From Octopus vulgaris (lineage: Eukaryota), in NCBI GenBank assembly GCA_951406725.2, contig OX597822.1, positions 61,690,001 to 61,754,000 on the forward strand: a stretch of DNA of 64,000 nucleotides, read 5' to 3'. Of the stretch, positions 1 through 13,254 are shown piece after piece. The notes beneath the pieces were generated by a model that saw nothing but the letters and a program-made list of their open reading frames with translations, was not told the origin of the DNA and did not search any database. The position numbers were made by a program, and so were the translations under genes. Numbering within the stretch: position 1 is the stretch's first letter; each line of letters begins with the position of its first letter.

Positions 1-6
1 CATACA

Positions 7-172
7 TACCGTAAATCCTCGAGTATAGTCCGCCTTTGTGTATAATACGCAGGGGATTTTTAAGGGGCTGTAACTCTGAAAAACCTAAACCTTGTGTATA
101 ATACGCACCCCTTCTATAACTTGAGTCAAGGAGGACTATATAATGTCCTTGGTTTGTAAAAATATATACGGT
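7..172. mobile_element. Possible pogo/Tigger-like MITE remnant
   Basis: Begins TACCGTAAATCCTCGAGTATA and ends TATACGGTA (short inverted termini); internal repeated TGTGTATAATACGCA. Confidence 0.4.
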
Positions 173-389
173 AACGTCCTTTATTATTATTGTATATATA
201 ACATAATGCAAACGTGTAGATTTTTTGTGCATTTTGTTTGCAGAAAATAAAGAAATAACAGTAATAACGTTTAATAAATGTTGCTTATTGCAAGTTATGG
301 ATGATTTTCTTTATGACTTCATTGCTTTCAAACAATGTTGAGAAATATGAACCCGAAATATTTCCTTAAAATAAGTAGTTTCAAATATT

Positions 390-523
390 CTTTTCTACTC
401 TAGGCACAAGGACTGAAGTTTTTGGGGAAGGAGCTAGTCGATTAGATTGACCCCAATATGCAACTGGTACTTAATTTATCAACCCCGAAGGATGGAAGGC
501 AAAGTCGACATCGGCAGAATTTG
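390..523 (-). mobile_element. SINE family B fragment (core + tail)
   Basis: Reverse complement of the GTCGACTTTGCCTTTCATCCTTTCGGGGTCGAT...AAGTACCAG core seen at 63601-63830. Confidence 0.8.
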
Positions 524-826
524 AGAGAGTGTTTGTTGAATGAATTAGGAATGGAGAATCCCAGTGGATTTATTAAGTAAAATTTTATACCATCAGTCAA
601 AAGTCAGTAGTGCTCATAGCTAACACACTAACTTAATTGGCTTAATTTGCCTAAAAGAACACATCATATCATGCAGTAACCACAATTAGAGGTCGACATA
701 TATTGTGTTATCATTACGTTCGTCTACGATTTGATGGTATCCTTTTGTAGTTTTGAAGGACGACTACAGTAGGGCCCTTCTTTGTCGTTTCAAGTTCAAA
801 TAAGAACGAGTATGTATGTAAAACGT

Positions 827-1050
827 GGAGGTGCGTGGCTTAGTGGTTAGGGTGTCAGCATCATGATCGTAAGATTGTGGTTTCGATTCCTGGACCAGGT
901 GACGCGTTGTGTTCTTGAGCAAAACACTTCATTTCACGTTGCTCCAGTCCACTCAGCTGGCAAAAATGAGTAACGCTGTGATGGGTTGGCGTCCCGTCCA
1001 CCTGGAGAACACATACGCCATTGAAACCAAGAAACTGGACCCATGAGCTT
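827..1050 (+). mobile_element. tRNA-derived SINE family C (V-domain-like body)
   Basis: A-box TGGCTTAGTGG, B-box GTTTCGATTCC, then GATGGGTTGGCGTCCCGTCCA; homologous to 62405-62647 and 44150-44446. Confidence 0.8.
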
Positions 1051-3618
1051 TAAAAGGGTGCATTTATATTTATTTTATGTATGTAAAACCTGATACGGGG
1101 TATTTGAACAGAAGTATCGTACTAGGAAGCCGCTCATTTGAGTCGTGTTGTCATCTTCAAGTAGATAAATGCTGAGATTCAATAATCTTAATCTCAATCT
1201 TTAAAACTTTTCCATGATGAGTAATTATATTTCTTACAAATATAACGAACTGTCACTGTTATATATTTTCGATAATATTTATTTTTAAATTGCTTCCCAG
1301 CGGAATTAATAAAGTGAAATTTTATCAGTATTGTTTTCAAGACACACACATACATATACACACGGAAAAATCAATTACTTGTCCGTGAAAATTTAATTGT
1401 GTATCATATATGGAAACAAACAAGAAAAAATACCACGACAAGCGAAATTGTGTGTCTAAAAATGCAAAAATATATTGCAATAACAATCAACCAAATGAAA
1501 AGTAACAAAGAAATATACAAAGAGTTTTAAACTTTAAAGGAAGAAACGATTCGAGTGATACTCTTTACCAAAGAAGAGAAAAAAAGAACAAAAGAATTGT
1601 GAAGCAGGAAAAAAAATTTACACTACCAAAAAAAGACCACCGTTTACATGGCATGCCTAAGGGAAAATAAAAGTTGAAGAACTAGGGTGGGATGACCGTA
1701 AGTTTCAGCATGATGTGGGGCACAGTGATGCTAAGTAGACAATGGGGGATGGAGTCAGAAAAAGAAAATGGGTAGGAAGAGTGGCTGGAAAGGTAAGTCA
1801 AAGTCAGCGGGAAGGGGAGAAAATATTTGGGAAAACTAGCAACGGAGAGGAAACGTAGTGGAGAGTTCACAATACCGGTGTTTGTGTATGTGCGTGGATG
1901 TATCGGATATGTGTGTTTTGTTAAGGTGTGGAGGGATGTGCAAAGAAATGTTAAGTTGGAGATATGTTTGTAAGTAAGATGATATGTACGTCAGTAAGTC
2001 TGTGTATGAAGGGGTAGTTATCTTCACACGCCAGTGTAGTCTGTGGTATATCTTATCTATTTGAATGTGAAGATGCATAAGATAATTTAAGTGGTATCTA
2101 CGGTGGATATATAAGTGTGTGGTGCACTATGATGGGATGAATGAAGAGGGTTGGAATGCAGTGAGATGGGATGTAGTTGTATTAACGTGGCCACATTATT
2201 CATACCCGAGTGGCGACGCAACTGAAGTGGAAGTTAGTTATATATTACAGTAGAATCTATTTATGACAACAAATTCACAGTAAAATTTGCTTGAGTTATT
2301 GCCTAAGTCTCCACATTTTTAATCTTGATCCAATGTTTAACTTTTACATAATGAATTTGCTTACCATAAAACTTTAGATATATTGGTCTTCTGGTTCTCA
2401 TTTTTTAAGTATTCTAATGTGTCAATATTTTATCAAAATGATGGTACCTTTTTTAATCGTAATGTTACTTTGTAAATTAAAATTAAATAATTTTAATATT
2501 CAAATTTTATCCTTAGCTGCAATATTTTAAGTAAACATTTTCCTGTTCTGTATTTTACCAGATGTTAATAAGTTCTCCTGAACTTTTTCCAAATGTAATA
2601 ACTTGTCCTGTAATTTTCCAGGTTTATAATCTAAAGAATATTATTTCTCTTGCACGCATCTTCCCATATAATCCATGTTTTTCCAGGCTATGCTATTATA
2701 CTAAATAATAATGTGTCGTTGATAATTTTTCCTTGCCTCAATGACGCCAGTAACATATATTAAAAGTCCCTTAGAACTATATTCATAAAAATGTATAGAA
2801 CAATATTATCACCCTCATAACTTTTTAAATTTAAAACTTCATTGCATGAGATTGATACCATGAAATTCCTCGATTTGAGCTCTATCAGTTAATCTTAATC
2901 AAAATATGGTCTGTTTTTAAAAATTATATTAATTATACTTAAATCCAAGTTTTTGCCTTATATTTTTTCATGATATTTTACCTCACAACATTTTCGATAC
3001 AAATTTCTGTTGTATGGGATCAAAACTATAAAATTCTTCATGCTTTCTTCTATCATTGAAGCTATAAATATATTTTGTTTTTAAAACAAAAAAGTTATTT
3101 TGATCTAAACTTTATTCGTGGCGTTATTTACTCTCTTATATCGTTGATACAAATTTTGATGTAAACATACTGGATGAAATCTGAATTTCTTATGCCAAAA
3201 TGTAGCTAGGGACCAGTTCTCTTCAAAAATGTTAACAGTTTTTAATTTGGTTAAGAACTGAACCAGTGACAAGCTCTGAAAGATGCTGCGTGTGAGTAAA
3301 GTGCGGCCTTAAAAATATTATTCATCTACGGTAGTAGTTGAATGATAAAGCTATATACTTTATTCAGTTCGTTCAGAGTTGCCTCTATTAGGTACATCTC
3401 ATCAACAAGAGTCAATAAACCTGAAACATTGATGTCTGAAATTCCCGAGAGAGGGCGACACTAAATGAACTGAGAGTGTTCACACCTTTTTACCATAAGA
3501 GAGATTTTTTCACCACGGCAACTGCAGTGCTACCATTATCAGTTGAAATATGTATCTGCAGTGTTGCCTTTAGCAGTTGAAATATGTGACAAACATAATT
3601 CAACTAACCTAAATTGTG

Positions 3619-3658
<40 letters not shown>

Positions 3659-3798
3659 GTTGAAAAAAGATTAGAGATCTATACAAATCAAATTTTTATA
3701 TATAAAAAATATGGGGGTGGGCATAGCACAGAAGTAAGTCTTAAGACATTTCAATTTAAGAAGGAATGTAATAAAAGATTATATAAATAAAAATATTA

Positions 3799-3836
3799 AT
3801 ATTACCGGTTTCGATGTATTTCATCTTATCAAATAT
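3799..3836 (-). ncRNA. Degenerate type-I hammerhead ribozyme
   Basis: Minus strand: ATAT TTGATAA GATG aaata CATC GAAA CCGG TA ATAT. All three stems present, palindromic stem III, core differs from CTGANGA at 2 positions. Confidence 0.6.
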
Positions 3837-3859
3837 CAGTAAATATCTATAAAAAGATT

Positions 3860-5041
3860 GAAAAATTTGAATTCTATCATCTGTCTGATCGTCAAGAACA
3901 CGGCAATGGGTACGAAAATAGCGCCTACATACGTCAACTTAGTCATGAGATTCCATGAACAAAAAATATGAAATCAATCTCTTCTGATATTTGGTGACAC
4001 GTTCCATACACAACTCAGAAACTATTAGAAAAGATTCCTGGATGATTGCTTTGTCTTATGGCAGGAAAACATTGACAACATGATAAACAACCTCAGCAAC
4101 AAAATCTAGTTCACAATTGAGTTTAACCCCAAAGAACTTGCTTTTCTCGACATCCTACTCAAAAACCAAGAGGGGAAAATAGAAGCGGACATATTCTACA
4201 AACCTACCGACTCCAAACAGTACCTTCTTTTCACACCATGTTACCCAGTACACATCAAACTCAACATTCTCTTCAACCTGGCAAAACGAATTTGTAACAT
4301 AGTATCAGAATAATCCAAGCGTGAACAAAGACTAGAGGAACTGAAGGACACACTTATCCAAAGAGCCTTCCCGGCTGGCATAATCACCAACAGAATTAAC
4401 AAGGCGAGATAAATGGATGTCAATGAACTTAGGAAAACAAAAAGCAAAAGAAAGAAAAATATCTTATCATTCTTGTCAACCTTCAATCCCCAGAACACCG
4501 AAATATTTGATCACACCCACAAAAACCTCCCCATCTTATTTGCAGATGAAAAAATGAGAAAAACCTTGAAAAACAGCAAATCATCAAAAGCAAAATGCAG
4601 CCCAAAACACTAAAACTCATTCTCACTGGAGCAAAAACACACAAAGAAACTCCCAACCGAACGGTCACAAAAAGCGGAAGAACAAGCTGCGGCACTTACT
4701 TTTACCTAATTGATGGACCAGAATTTTAATTCAAAGATGGCTAAACATTCAAAGTCAGGTCCTGTCTCACCTGCAACACAGAAAACCTGATCTACGTAAT
4801 CACATGCAATGGTTGCCAACATAATTACATAGGTCAGATGGGTGAATCGTTACGCCAACAGATCCGAGACAAGAGCACAAGGAAAATTCCTTTAACCAGT
4901 CACATTGCAACCTGTGCAGGAATGGTCTTACCTAATTTCAAACTATTTTCACTCTACAAGTACTCAAATTCCTTCAATCAACAACAGATACTGAATAAAG
5001 AAAGACAATTAAATACAGACACAACCACAATCAATAAATAA
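3860..5041 (+). pseudogene. 5'-truncated Penelope-like element ORF (RT + GIY-YIG endonuclease) with stops and frameshifts
   Basis: Hand translation gives TAMGTKIAPTYVNLVM (~3899), KRFLDDCFVLW (~4029), DIFYKPTDSKQYLLF (~4188) and NLIYVITCNGCQHNYIGQ (~4784). Confidence 0.9.
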
Positions 5042-5440
5042 GAACGAACACTTAAAAATAATTTTAAACAATTTAATACATATTATTATCATTTAAAAAA
5101 TACTTCCAATCGTTTCCTAAATCTTTTCTCAATATACATATATGCTCGCACACACACACAAACACACAGATTCGCAAAAAAAGAAAACATCACAAAAACA
5201 CACACGCACAAACACACACACACACACATACACTCACATACACATACAAAAGAAAAAATACCTACACAACTCTGTACACACACTCATACAAACACCCACC
5301 CACACAAACACACACCCACACAAAAACACACCCACACAAACACATCCACACAAACACACATTATTTATATAATCTTTTACTAAATTTCCTCTTAAATTGA
5401 ATTGTCTTAGAATTGTCCTCTGTGCTATTACCACCTCCAT

Positions 5441-5495
<55 letters not shown>

Positions 5496-5499
5496 GTAA

Positions 5500-5694
5500 C
5501 CACATATGAATCGTTGGCGATTCTTTTCCCTCCATTTTCATTTTCTCTTAGACTCTGTCTCCTGTTTCTGAAGAAGAGCTTTCCTCGAAACGTAAAACCA
5601 CCTTTCTTTCCTTCCCTGAGCATCTGCCAATACTTTACGTGTACCACGTGCTCGCGTTGTTTTTTGCGTTTGTTCTTCGTATTTTTGAGATTTA

Positions 5695-5697
<3 letters not shown>
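5500..5697 (+). mobile_element. Penelope pLTR-like / retrozyme-like short element flanked by (TA)n
   Basis: Pyrimidine-rich, contains a hammerhead, homologous to 54470-54660 (minus), lies ~450 bp downstream of the Penelope ORF. Confidence 0.7.
5564..5598 (+). ncRNA. Minimal type-I hammerhead ribozyme
   Basis: GTTT CTGAAGA a GAG ctttc CTC GAAA CG TA AAAC: stem I GTTT/AAAC, intact core, stem II GAG/CTC, GUA cleavage triplet. Confidence 0.8.
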
Positions 5698-5775
<78 letters not shown>

Positions 5776-5794
5776 TGTATGTATGTATGTATGT

Positions 5795-6256
5795 ATTACT
5801 CTTTTACTGTCTTATTCGTTTCAGCCATGCGGCCGTAGTCTTGCTGGAGCACCATCATGGTCTTTCTGAATTCCTCAGTCTGGGTGTTTCAGATCACCAT
5901 TTCTGTATGTGCCTTTGTCCCATCTGTTGGTAAATTTGGTGTATAAGGAAGTTTGATTCCGCTACCCTCGTCTGCACCTCATATCGGACTGTTGGTTCAT
6001 CCGGTATTGTAGAGAGGAGGATGTCTAGTTCCTTTTTGAAGACATTTACTTCGATCTTATGCAAATTTCTTAATTTTCCTGGCAGCAGCGTGTTGAAGAG
6101 CTGTGGGCTTTTGAATCCTACATTATTGTAGTACCTGGTCCTGAATTTAAATGAAGTGGATGGTATCTTTGGTACAATACATTATTGGAGGCTAGTTCTG
6201 GCATTTGTATAACACACAATGCCAAAGTTAGGTACTAGCCCGCCTACGATTTTCCC
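5795..6256 (-). mobile_element. CR1-clade LINE 3' end (ORF2 C-terminus + 3' UTR)
   Basis: Minus translation KIVGGLVPNFGI...FKSPQLFNTL...VFKKELDILLSTIPDEP; 3' UTR ends GGTGCTCCAGCA...GCTGAAAC...GTAAAAGAGTAA. Confidence 0.8.
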
Positions 6257-7664
6257 TTTATATATATATATATATATGATTGCATATCTTTCCATATATA
6301 TATGATTGCATATCTTTATAAGCAATAGAAGGAATCGTATTGATTAAATCCTTTTGCTGGGAGTCATACGATCCATAACGACAGTGAAAATGAAAATAAA
6401 GAAAAGCGTTCACGGTTGGCTACACGATTGTAATATACAATGACTAATTCAAGCTGAACAATGTTAATGCAAAACTTTGGCGACAAGCAATATTTGTTGA
6501 ACACATGAGAACGGTTGACGATTTTAATTTAATTCCTGTAAGTTATGACAGTATCCAAGCAACAGTTCACAAGTAACGTGCTTGGGCAAGGAGAACACAC
6601 ATTTGTATAGTTATTATGACACCAACTGCGATAACAAACCAACTTCATTCAGTGACAAGAACTATCTTAGCTCGTAGTAAAACCGACTGTCCACAAGTAG
6701 CTGATAAGTGTAAATGAACGATGGGTGTGAAGAATATAAACAACTGAAAGACATTCTTAATGAAATGTTCCGAGAGAAGACTGATTCCTTTTTCACACTA
6801 CCGCTGCAATAATGACCATATTTAAGTAGCAATGAAGAGAGGCTAATAAAGGTGATGTTGATGGTGACTAAAGATCGAAAGATTTAATATTTACAACGTA
6901 GTAATATACCCGAGTGTTCGCAAATATATAGCTGTTTATTTTCTTTTCCACAATAGGTAAAGCAATATCTTGAAAATCTCTAAAATGTTACAAGATAGAG
7001 ACTTATCAAAAGAATTCCTTCATGGATATTCAAAACAGGGAAACGATCTTTGATCGAAGGAAGGACATCAAATATGTGGTGATACTTATCAAATGTAAAC
7101 AATTTCTTGATCACAAAAGTCGAAAAGAGAAATCAGGAAAGATGTTTCGAGAGAGAGAGAGACAGAGAGACAGAGAGCAAGAAGAAAACTTTGACCATAT
7201 ATTGATCGCCCTCAACAGGAGTTAAACTTTGTCTTCAAAAGAGAGTATATACCTCAACACCATACAAAAAAGATTAGAAATTTATCTGAAAAGTAACAGC
7301 ATTCTACATGGAGATGAGGGGTCAGTCACGAAAAGGTCACGGATACGTCTTAAGAAGATACAGCATAATTGTAAAGGAAAATCGAGATTTAAAAGTTAAC
7401 CAGTCGGCTGTTAGGCGGATGTGAAAATAACATGAAAAGTTCAGGCAAAAGAGAACAGTTATGATATGCGTATGCGCGTGCATGAATGTATGTGCGCACA
7501 CGCGCGTGTGTATAAGGGGGTGGGTTGATGAAATACAAGTAAAATTTGAAGTAAAACAGCTGCTTTTCTACGTACGCATGTATGCACGCACTTATGTATG
7601 AATGTGCGTATATTGTAGAAGCATCTTTTACACACAGACATAACAAGCAAATGCACAGAAAGAA

Positions 7665-7713
<49 letters not shown>

Positions 7714-7734
7714 CATGTATGTGTGTGCATATGT

Positions 7735-7945
7735 TTGTGTGTTTGTGTTTGTCCCCCACCAACATCGCTTGACAACCGATGCCGGTGTGTTTACGTCTCC
7801 GTAACCTAGCGGTTCGACAAAAGAGACCGATAAAATAAGTACTAGGCTTACAAAGAATAAGTGCTGGGGTCGATTTGCTCGACTAAAGGCGGTGCTCCAG
7901 CATGGCCGCAGTCAAATGACTGAAACAAGTAAAAGAGTAAAGAGT
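7735..7945 (+). mobile_element. SINE family A, 3' half
   Basis: Matches 12660-12870 (CAACATCGCTTGACAACCGATG...GACTGAAACAAGTAAAAGAG). Confidence 0.85.
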
Positions 7946-8222
7946 ATACACAAAAGTACAAACACATAATCGGACGCATGACTTGAAATACATTTCAAAA
8001 TCGAACATTATAAAAACTTTCATTACAATAATTTATCACTTAATTACCATATATAGTTCAGAAATTGTAGGGCGGGAATTGTATAATATCCAACTTTGGA
8101 ACGTCTTTCATATTTAGGCGTCATAGGTGACAACCTATTCAAAATTTACATTGTTGATTTCAATGTGTGTGCGTTTATGTGCGAAAAATATACCCATTAC
8201 ACACACACGCACACAACACACG

Positions 8223-8307
<85 letters not shown>

Positions 8308-8334
8308 TACATTCACTTCGGTTCTATTTCTGAC

Positions 8335-8660
8335 ATTCGATTCCCAGACCGGGCGTTGTGAGCGTTTATTGAGCGAAAACACCTAAAAGCTCCACGAGGC
8401 TCCGGTAGGGGATGGTGGTGATCCCTGCTGTACTCTCTCACCACAACTTTCTCTCACTCTTACTTCCTGTTTCTGTTGTACCTGTATTTCAAGGGACCGG
8501 CCTTGTCACTCCCTGTGTCACGCTGAATATCCCCGAGAACTACGTTAAGGGTACACGTGTCTGTGGAGTGCTCAGCCACTTACACGTAAATTTCACGAGC
8601 AGGCTGTTCCGTTGATTTGGATCAACCGGAACTCTCATCGTCGTTACCGACGGAGTGCTT
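8335..8660 (+). mobile_element. SINE family C variant with alternative tail
   Basis: Body matches 44260-44390 (reverse complement); tail GTGGAGTGCTCAGCCACT...GTTCCGTTGAT matches 26222-26365 (reverse complement). Confidence 0.75.
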
Positions 8661-9079
8661 CCAACATCATTTCTGGCATTAGCCTCGTGGCTGAAATGGG
8701 TGATTAGATATAATGTATATGCAGGAAATGCATGTCTATATTTGTATCTGTGCGCAGAGATTTATCGGTATATGTATATGTATTTCTCACTTATATATTG
8801 TCACCTATATATTGTCACTTATATATTTCTCACTTATATATTGTCGGCGTACTTCTGTTGTAGAGTGTAAAGTAATTTTTATTACAGAACACGAAATCTT
8901 AAGATATAGAGTTACCGAAATTTTATAAATCTTCTTGTCCATTCCCTCGCATTGTGTTATAAAAAGTGAACAAATTTAGAGTGGCTTGTAAACATTTGAC
9001 ATCTACTTCTAGCGAATTGTCGTTGGCCCTCGAGCGCCCTTAATTATAATTATATTTTTATAATTATATACTTTAATAT

Positions 9080-9151
<72 letters not shown>

Positions 9152-9318
9152 ATATACATACACATACACACACACACATTCATATATATACACACATGCA
9201 GAAGGAGTGAAAGGAAGTATGTATCTATAATAGAGATTGAAGGGCTAAGAGAAGAAAGACTGTGTTGGAGGGAAGTGAAAAATAGAGAAGGAGAGAGAAG
9301 GAGTTTGTCTCTCTCTCT

Positions 9319-9378
<60 letters not shown>

Positions 9379-10035
9379 GTCTCTCTCTCTCTCTCTCTGT
9401 ATTTAGAGAGATTGAAGGGCTGAGAGAAGAAGGACGATGTGATGGAGAGAATTAAAGAAAAAGAGAAAGAGCGAGTGCGTGTCTATGTATTTATAGAGAA
9501 GAAGTATATATATAAATAGAGAAAATATATATATAGAAGAAAAGAAGTGATGGCCGTATGGTTTGCAAAATCCTGCAAAGTCTTGACTTGGATAAGGAAT
9601 ATAAATAATTAAATAAATAAATATGTCCCTGTCTAAATTAGGAATAACGAAATTTAAACATATCTACAATAATCAATAAAAAAAAACATAGAGAAAAGAC
9701 CTCATGTAAATTATAACTTACTACTTTCGTCTTATAATAGCTTTCAATAAATGAAAGACAAAAAATGCACGAAAAATATTTATCCAGTTTTTCCTTAGAG
9801 ACGGATATTTTCAAGGCTGTGGAAGATTTGGAACTTCTATTCAAATTTTCGTAATACCATGTGCTACTTAATGCGATATAATGTTTACGTTCCATGTACT
9901 CATTAAAGGTTTATATATATATATATATATATACACATATATATATATATATATGTATAAATGTATTTATATATATACATATGTATATGTGTGTGTGTGT
10001 ATACATATATTACATATATATATCTATACATATAC

Positions 10036-10124
<89 letters not shown>

Positions 10125-10999
10125 TGTCAGTATGTGTGTGTGTGTGTCTCTCTCTCTCTATATATATATATAATGTACGCACCTCATATATATGAAACAT
10201 ATAATCACTGTATTGTCACAGATCGAATGCCTTTGGGTTATCTTCTTTTATAAATGTAATAAACAGGAAGCCACAAGAGAATAAAGTGAATAATGAAAGC
10301 ATTCTGCAACAAAAATTTCCTCGAATTGAAGGTGAATGTGCTCCAGCTGGTAGGCAAGACTTTGATTTTAAAATTTTAGATAATTCATCTGTAGCAAAAC
10401 TGTCATACTTTAAACATTTCATAGAATTAATCCTAAAGAAAGATTTCGTTCTCTCTCTCCCCCTCTCTCTCTCTTTCCCTCTCACTCACTCATTCTTTTT
10501 TTTTTTTGCTTTTGTTTCAAAAAATGCATAAAGGAAGTGACAAGAAAAAGATTAAAGTTTTGATGAAAGAGAAAATTCCTGATGACAATATTTTTAATGT
10601 CATTTAGTTATCCATCTACACAACTCCTTTCGCAATTGTTGCTAACCAGAGGAAAACTATGTGGTTCAAGCTAACGTGAAAGCACTTGGTCCGCTAGAAA
10701 TATGCATTAAACCTCCACAAATCATTTCCTACAAGCTTGCAAAAAGGGAAGATATATTGTATAATGTAGTTATGAATATAGAAAATAACAGAATAGATAG
10801 CGTGAGCATTGGTGAAATGCTTTTAACCAAAATTGATCCAGAGTTATAAATAAGGTTTGATTGCATGCAACAAAGTCTCTCAGGAAAGAAATTTTTGTCC
10901 TTTTACTTAGTGTTCAGTAAGAGCACCGATGTGATGTTTGTGTTGTTGCCATTGGTGTAACTTCAACAACGTCCCTGACTAATATTATATGTTGTTTTG

Positions 11000-11998
11000 A
11001 CATAAGGCCAGAAATTTCGGGGAAGGGGATAAATCGATTAGTTCGATCCCAGTCCTCAACTAGTACTTATTTTATCGACACCTAAAAGATGAAAAACAAG
11101 GTCAACCTCAGAAATTTGAACCCAAAATTTGAAAGACAGAGGAAATGTTGGTAGGCATTTTGTTCGGCGTGCTAACGATTCTTATTTCTTTATTGCCCAC
11201 AGAGGCTGAACATAAAGGCGACGAACAAGGACAGACAAACGGATTAAATCGATTAGATCGACCCCAGTGCGTAACTGGTACTTAATTTATCGACCGTGAA
11301 AGGATGAAAAGCAAAGTCGACCTCGGCGGAATTTGAACTCAGAACGTAACGGCAGATGAAATATCTATTTATTTACTACCCGCAAGGGGCTAAATACAGA
11401 GAGATCAAACAAGGACAGACAAAGGGATTAAGTCGATTACATCGATCCCAAGTGCGTAACTGGTACTTAATTTATCGACTCCGAAAGGATGAAAGGCAAA
11501 GTCGACCTCGGCGGAATTTGAACTCACAACGTAACGGCAGACGAAATACCTATTTCTTTACTACCCACAAGGGGTTAAACATAGAGGGGACAAACAAGGA
11601 CAGACAAACGGATTAAGCCGATTACATCGACCCCAATGCGTAACTGGTACTTAATTTATCGACCCCGAAAGGATGAAAGGCAAAGTCGACCTTGGCGGAA
11701 TTTGAACTCAGAACGTAACGGCAGACGAAATACCGCAAGGCATTTTGCCCGGCACGCTAACGGTTCTGCCAGCTTGCCGCCCTCTGTCTGACTAATACTA
11801 ATTTCAAATTTTAGCACATGACCAGCAAATCAGTGGGAGCGGGTAAGTTGATCTCATCGACACCGGTGCTCAACTGGTACGTATTTTATTGATACCGAAA
11901 GGATAAAAGGTAAAGTCTACCCCAGCGGCATTTGAACTCGGAACTAAAAGACGGACGTTTTGTCCGGCGTGCTACTGATTCTGCCAGCTCACCGCCCT
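11000..11998 (-). mobile_element. Cluster of five SINE family B units including a head-to-tail trimer (11182-11782)
   Basis: Three ~180-bp units with a single head at 11730-11782, plus flanking copies at ~11000-11181 and ~11800-11998. Confidence 0.9.
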
Positions 11999-12477
11999 TT
12001 CCTGACTAATATTACAAGCTATTTGGACATCATATTTACATATTCCTGTTTCGATAACAATGCTATATCTTGCCTGTTCTTTGTCGTTATGTAGCTGACG
12101 TTTCAGAATGACAATCAAGGTCATGAGATAAGAAATTTCAAATATGAGGTCAGTTGCTTAGATCATTATAGGGCAATGAAACAAAAGGGATAAAGCAGTG
12201 CTAGAAATAATGGCAACAACAACAATAACAGCAACAGTGCAATAAAGTTGATCCTCAGCAGGTTTGCTTTCCATCTCCATCACAAAAACTGGTAACTGCA
12301 AATGTCACGCTGCAGAGAATTTCAACTTGTAACCTACCACAAAATAGTTCAATATCTTACTCACTCTGCCATTTAAATTCTACTTAATACGATGCTGCAG
12401 ATAAATCTCACTTTGGACTGAATACAAATTTAGTCTATTACATGTGATCAGTTGAGACAAATCTTGTATATATATAG

Positions 12478-12870
12478 GCACAGGTGTGATTGTGTGGTAA
12501 GTAGCTTGCTTAACAACCACATGGTTCCGAGTTCAGTCCCACTGCGTGGTACCTTGGGCAAGTGGCTTCTACTATAACCTTGGGCCGACCAAAGCCTTGT
12601 GAGTGGATTTGGTAGACGGAAACTGAAAAGAAGCCATCGTATATATACATATATAAGTATGTGTGTGTGTTTTTCCCCCCAACATCGCTTGACAACCGAT
12701 GCTGGTGTGCTTATGTCCCCGTAACTTAGCGGTTCGGCAAAAGAGACCGATAGAATAAGTACTAGGCTAACAAAGAATAAGTCCTGGGGTCGATTTGCTC
12801 GACTAAATGCAGTGCTCCAGCATGGCTGCAGTCAAATGACTGAAGCAAGTAAAAGAATAAAAGAAAAGAA
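12478..12870 (+). mobile_element. Full-length tRNA-derived SINE family A (resembles octopus OK/OR-type SINEs)
   Basis: Head GGCACAGGTGTGATTGTGTGGTAAG...GAGTTCAGTCCC, internal TA/TG tract, tail GCTCCAGCATGG...CAAGTAAAAGAATAAAAG. Confidence 0.88.
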
Positions 12871-13254
12871 TGAATATGTGTGTGTATGTATGTATGTGTG
12901 TGTGTGTATGTGTGTGTGTGTGGATATTTGCGTGTAAATATAAATATAAATAAATACAAATATAAATATAATACAAATACAAGTGTGCATGTATGTATGT
13001 ATGTATGTATGTATGTATGTATGTATGTATACATATAAACCATGTGGTTGGAAAGCAACTTTCTTACCTATATACATACTCTAATTGCATCGGCTGGGAA
13101 TCAGATTCGAGCCAACAGCGTGGCAGCAGCAACGAAACGATAACAGTATTATTATAGGATTGTCCAAAACTTTGGATAACATTTAGTTATTGCAGTTACC
13201 TCATTTGCTCATAGGAACAAAAATAATAAAAAAAAGGCAGATTTTATTTTCTTA

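Noticed and set aside
1535-1580. Hammerhead-like relic on the minus strand (TTGGTAA AGAGT atc ACTC GAAT CGTT)
   Set aside because: Only stem II survives; core has several changes and stem I does not pair.
2250-3260. Possible decayed Penelope-like RT on the minus strand (TLLF-YNSIAWKN..MG)
   Set aside because: Too degraded to support by eye; needs a translated profile search.
10267-10355. AG...GT-bounded open segment that could be an exon
   Set aside because: Weak polypyrimidine tract, no recognisable protein, no neighbouring exons.
11182-11782. Regularly spaced repeats resembling a CRISPR array
   Set aside because: Whole ~180-bp units are homologous SINE copies with no unique spacers and no cas genes; eukaryotic context.
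12478-12550. tRNA-like sequences here and at other A/B-box sites
   Set aside because: They are SINE heads continuing into repeat bodies and do not form a full cloverleaf.
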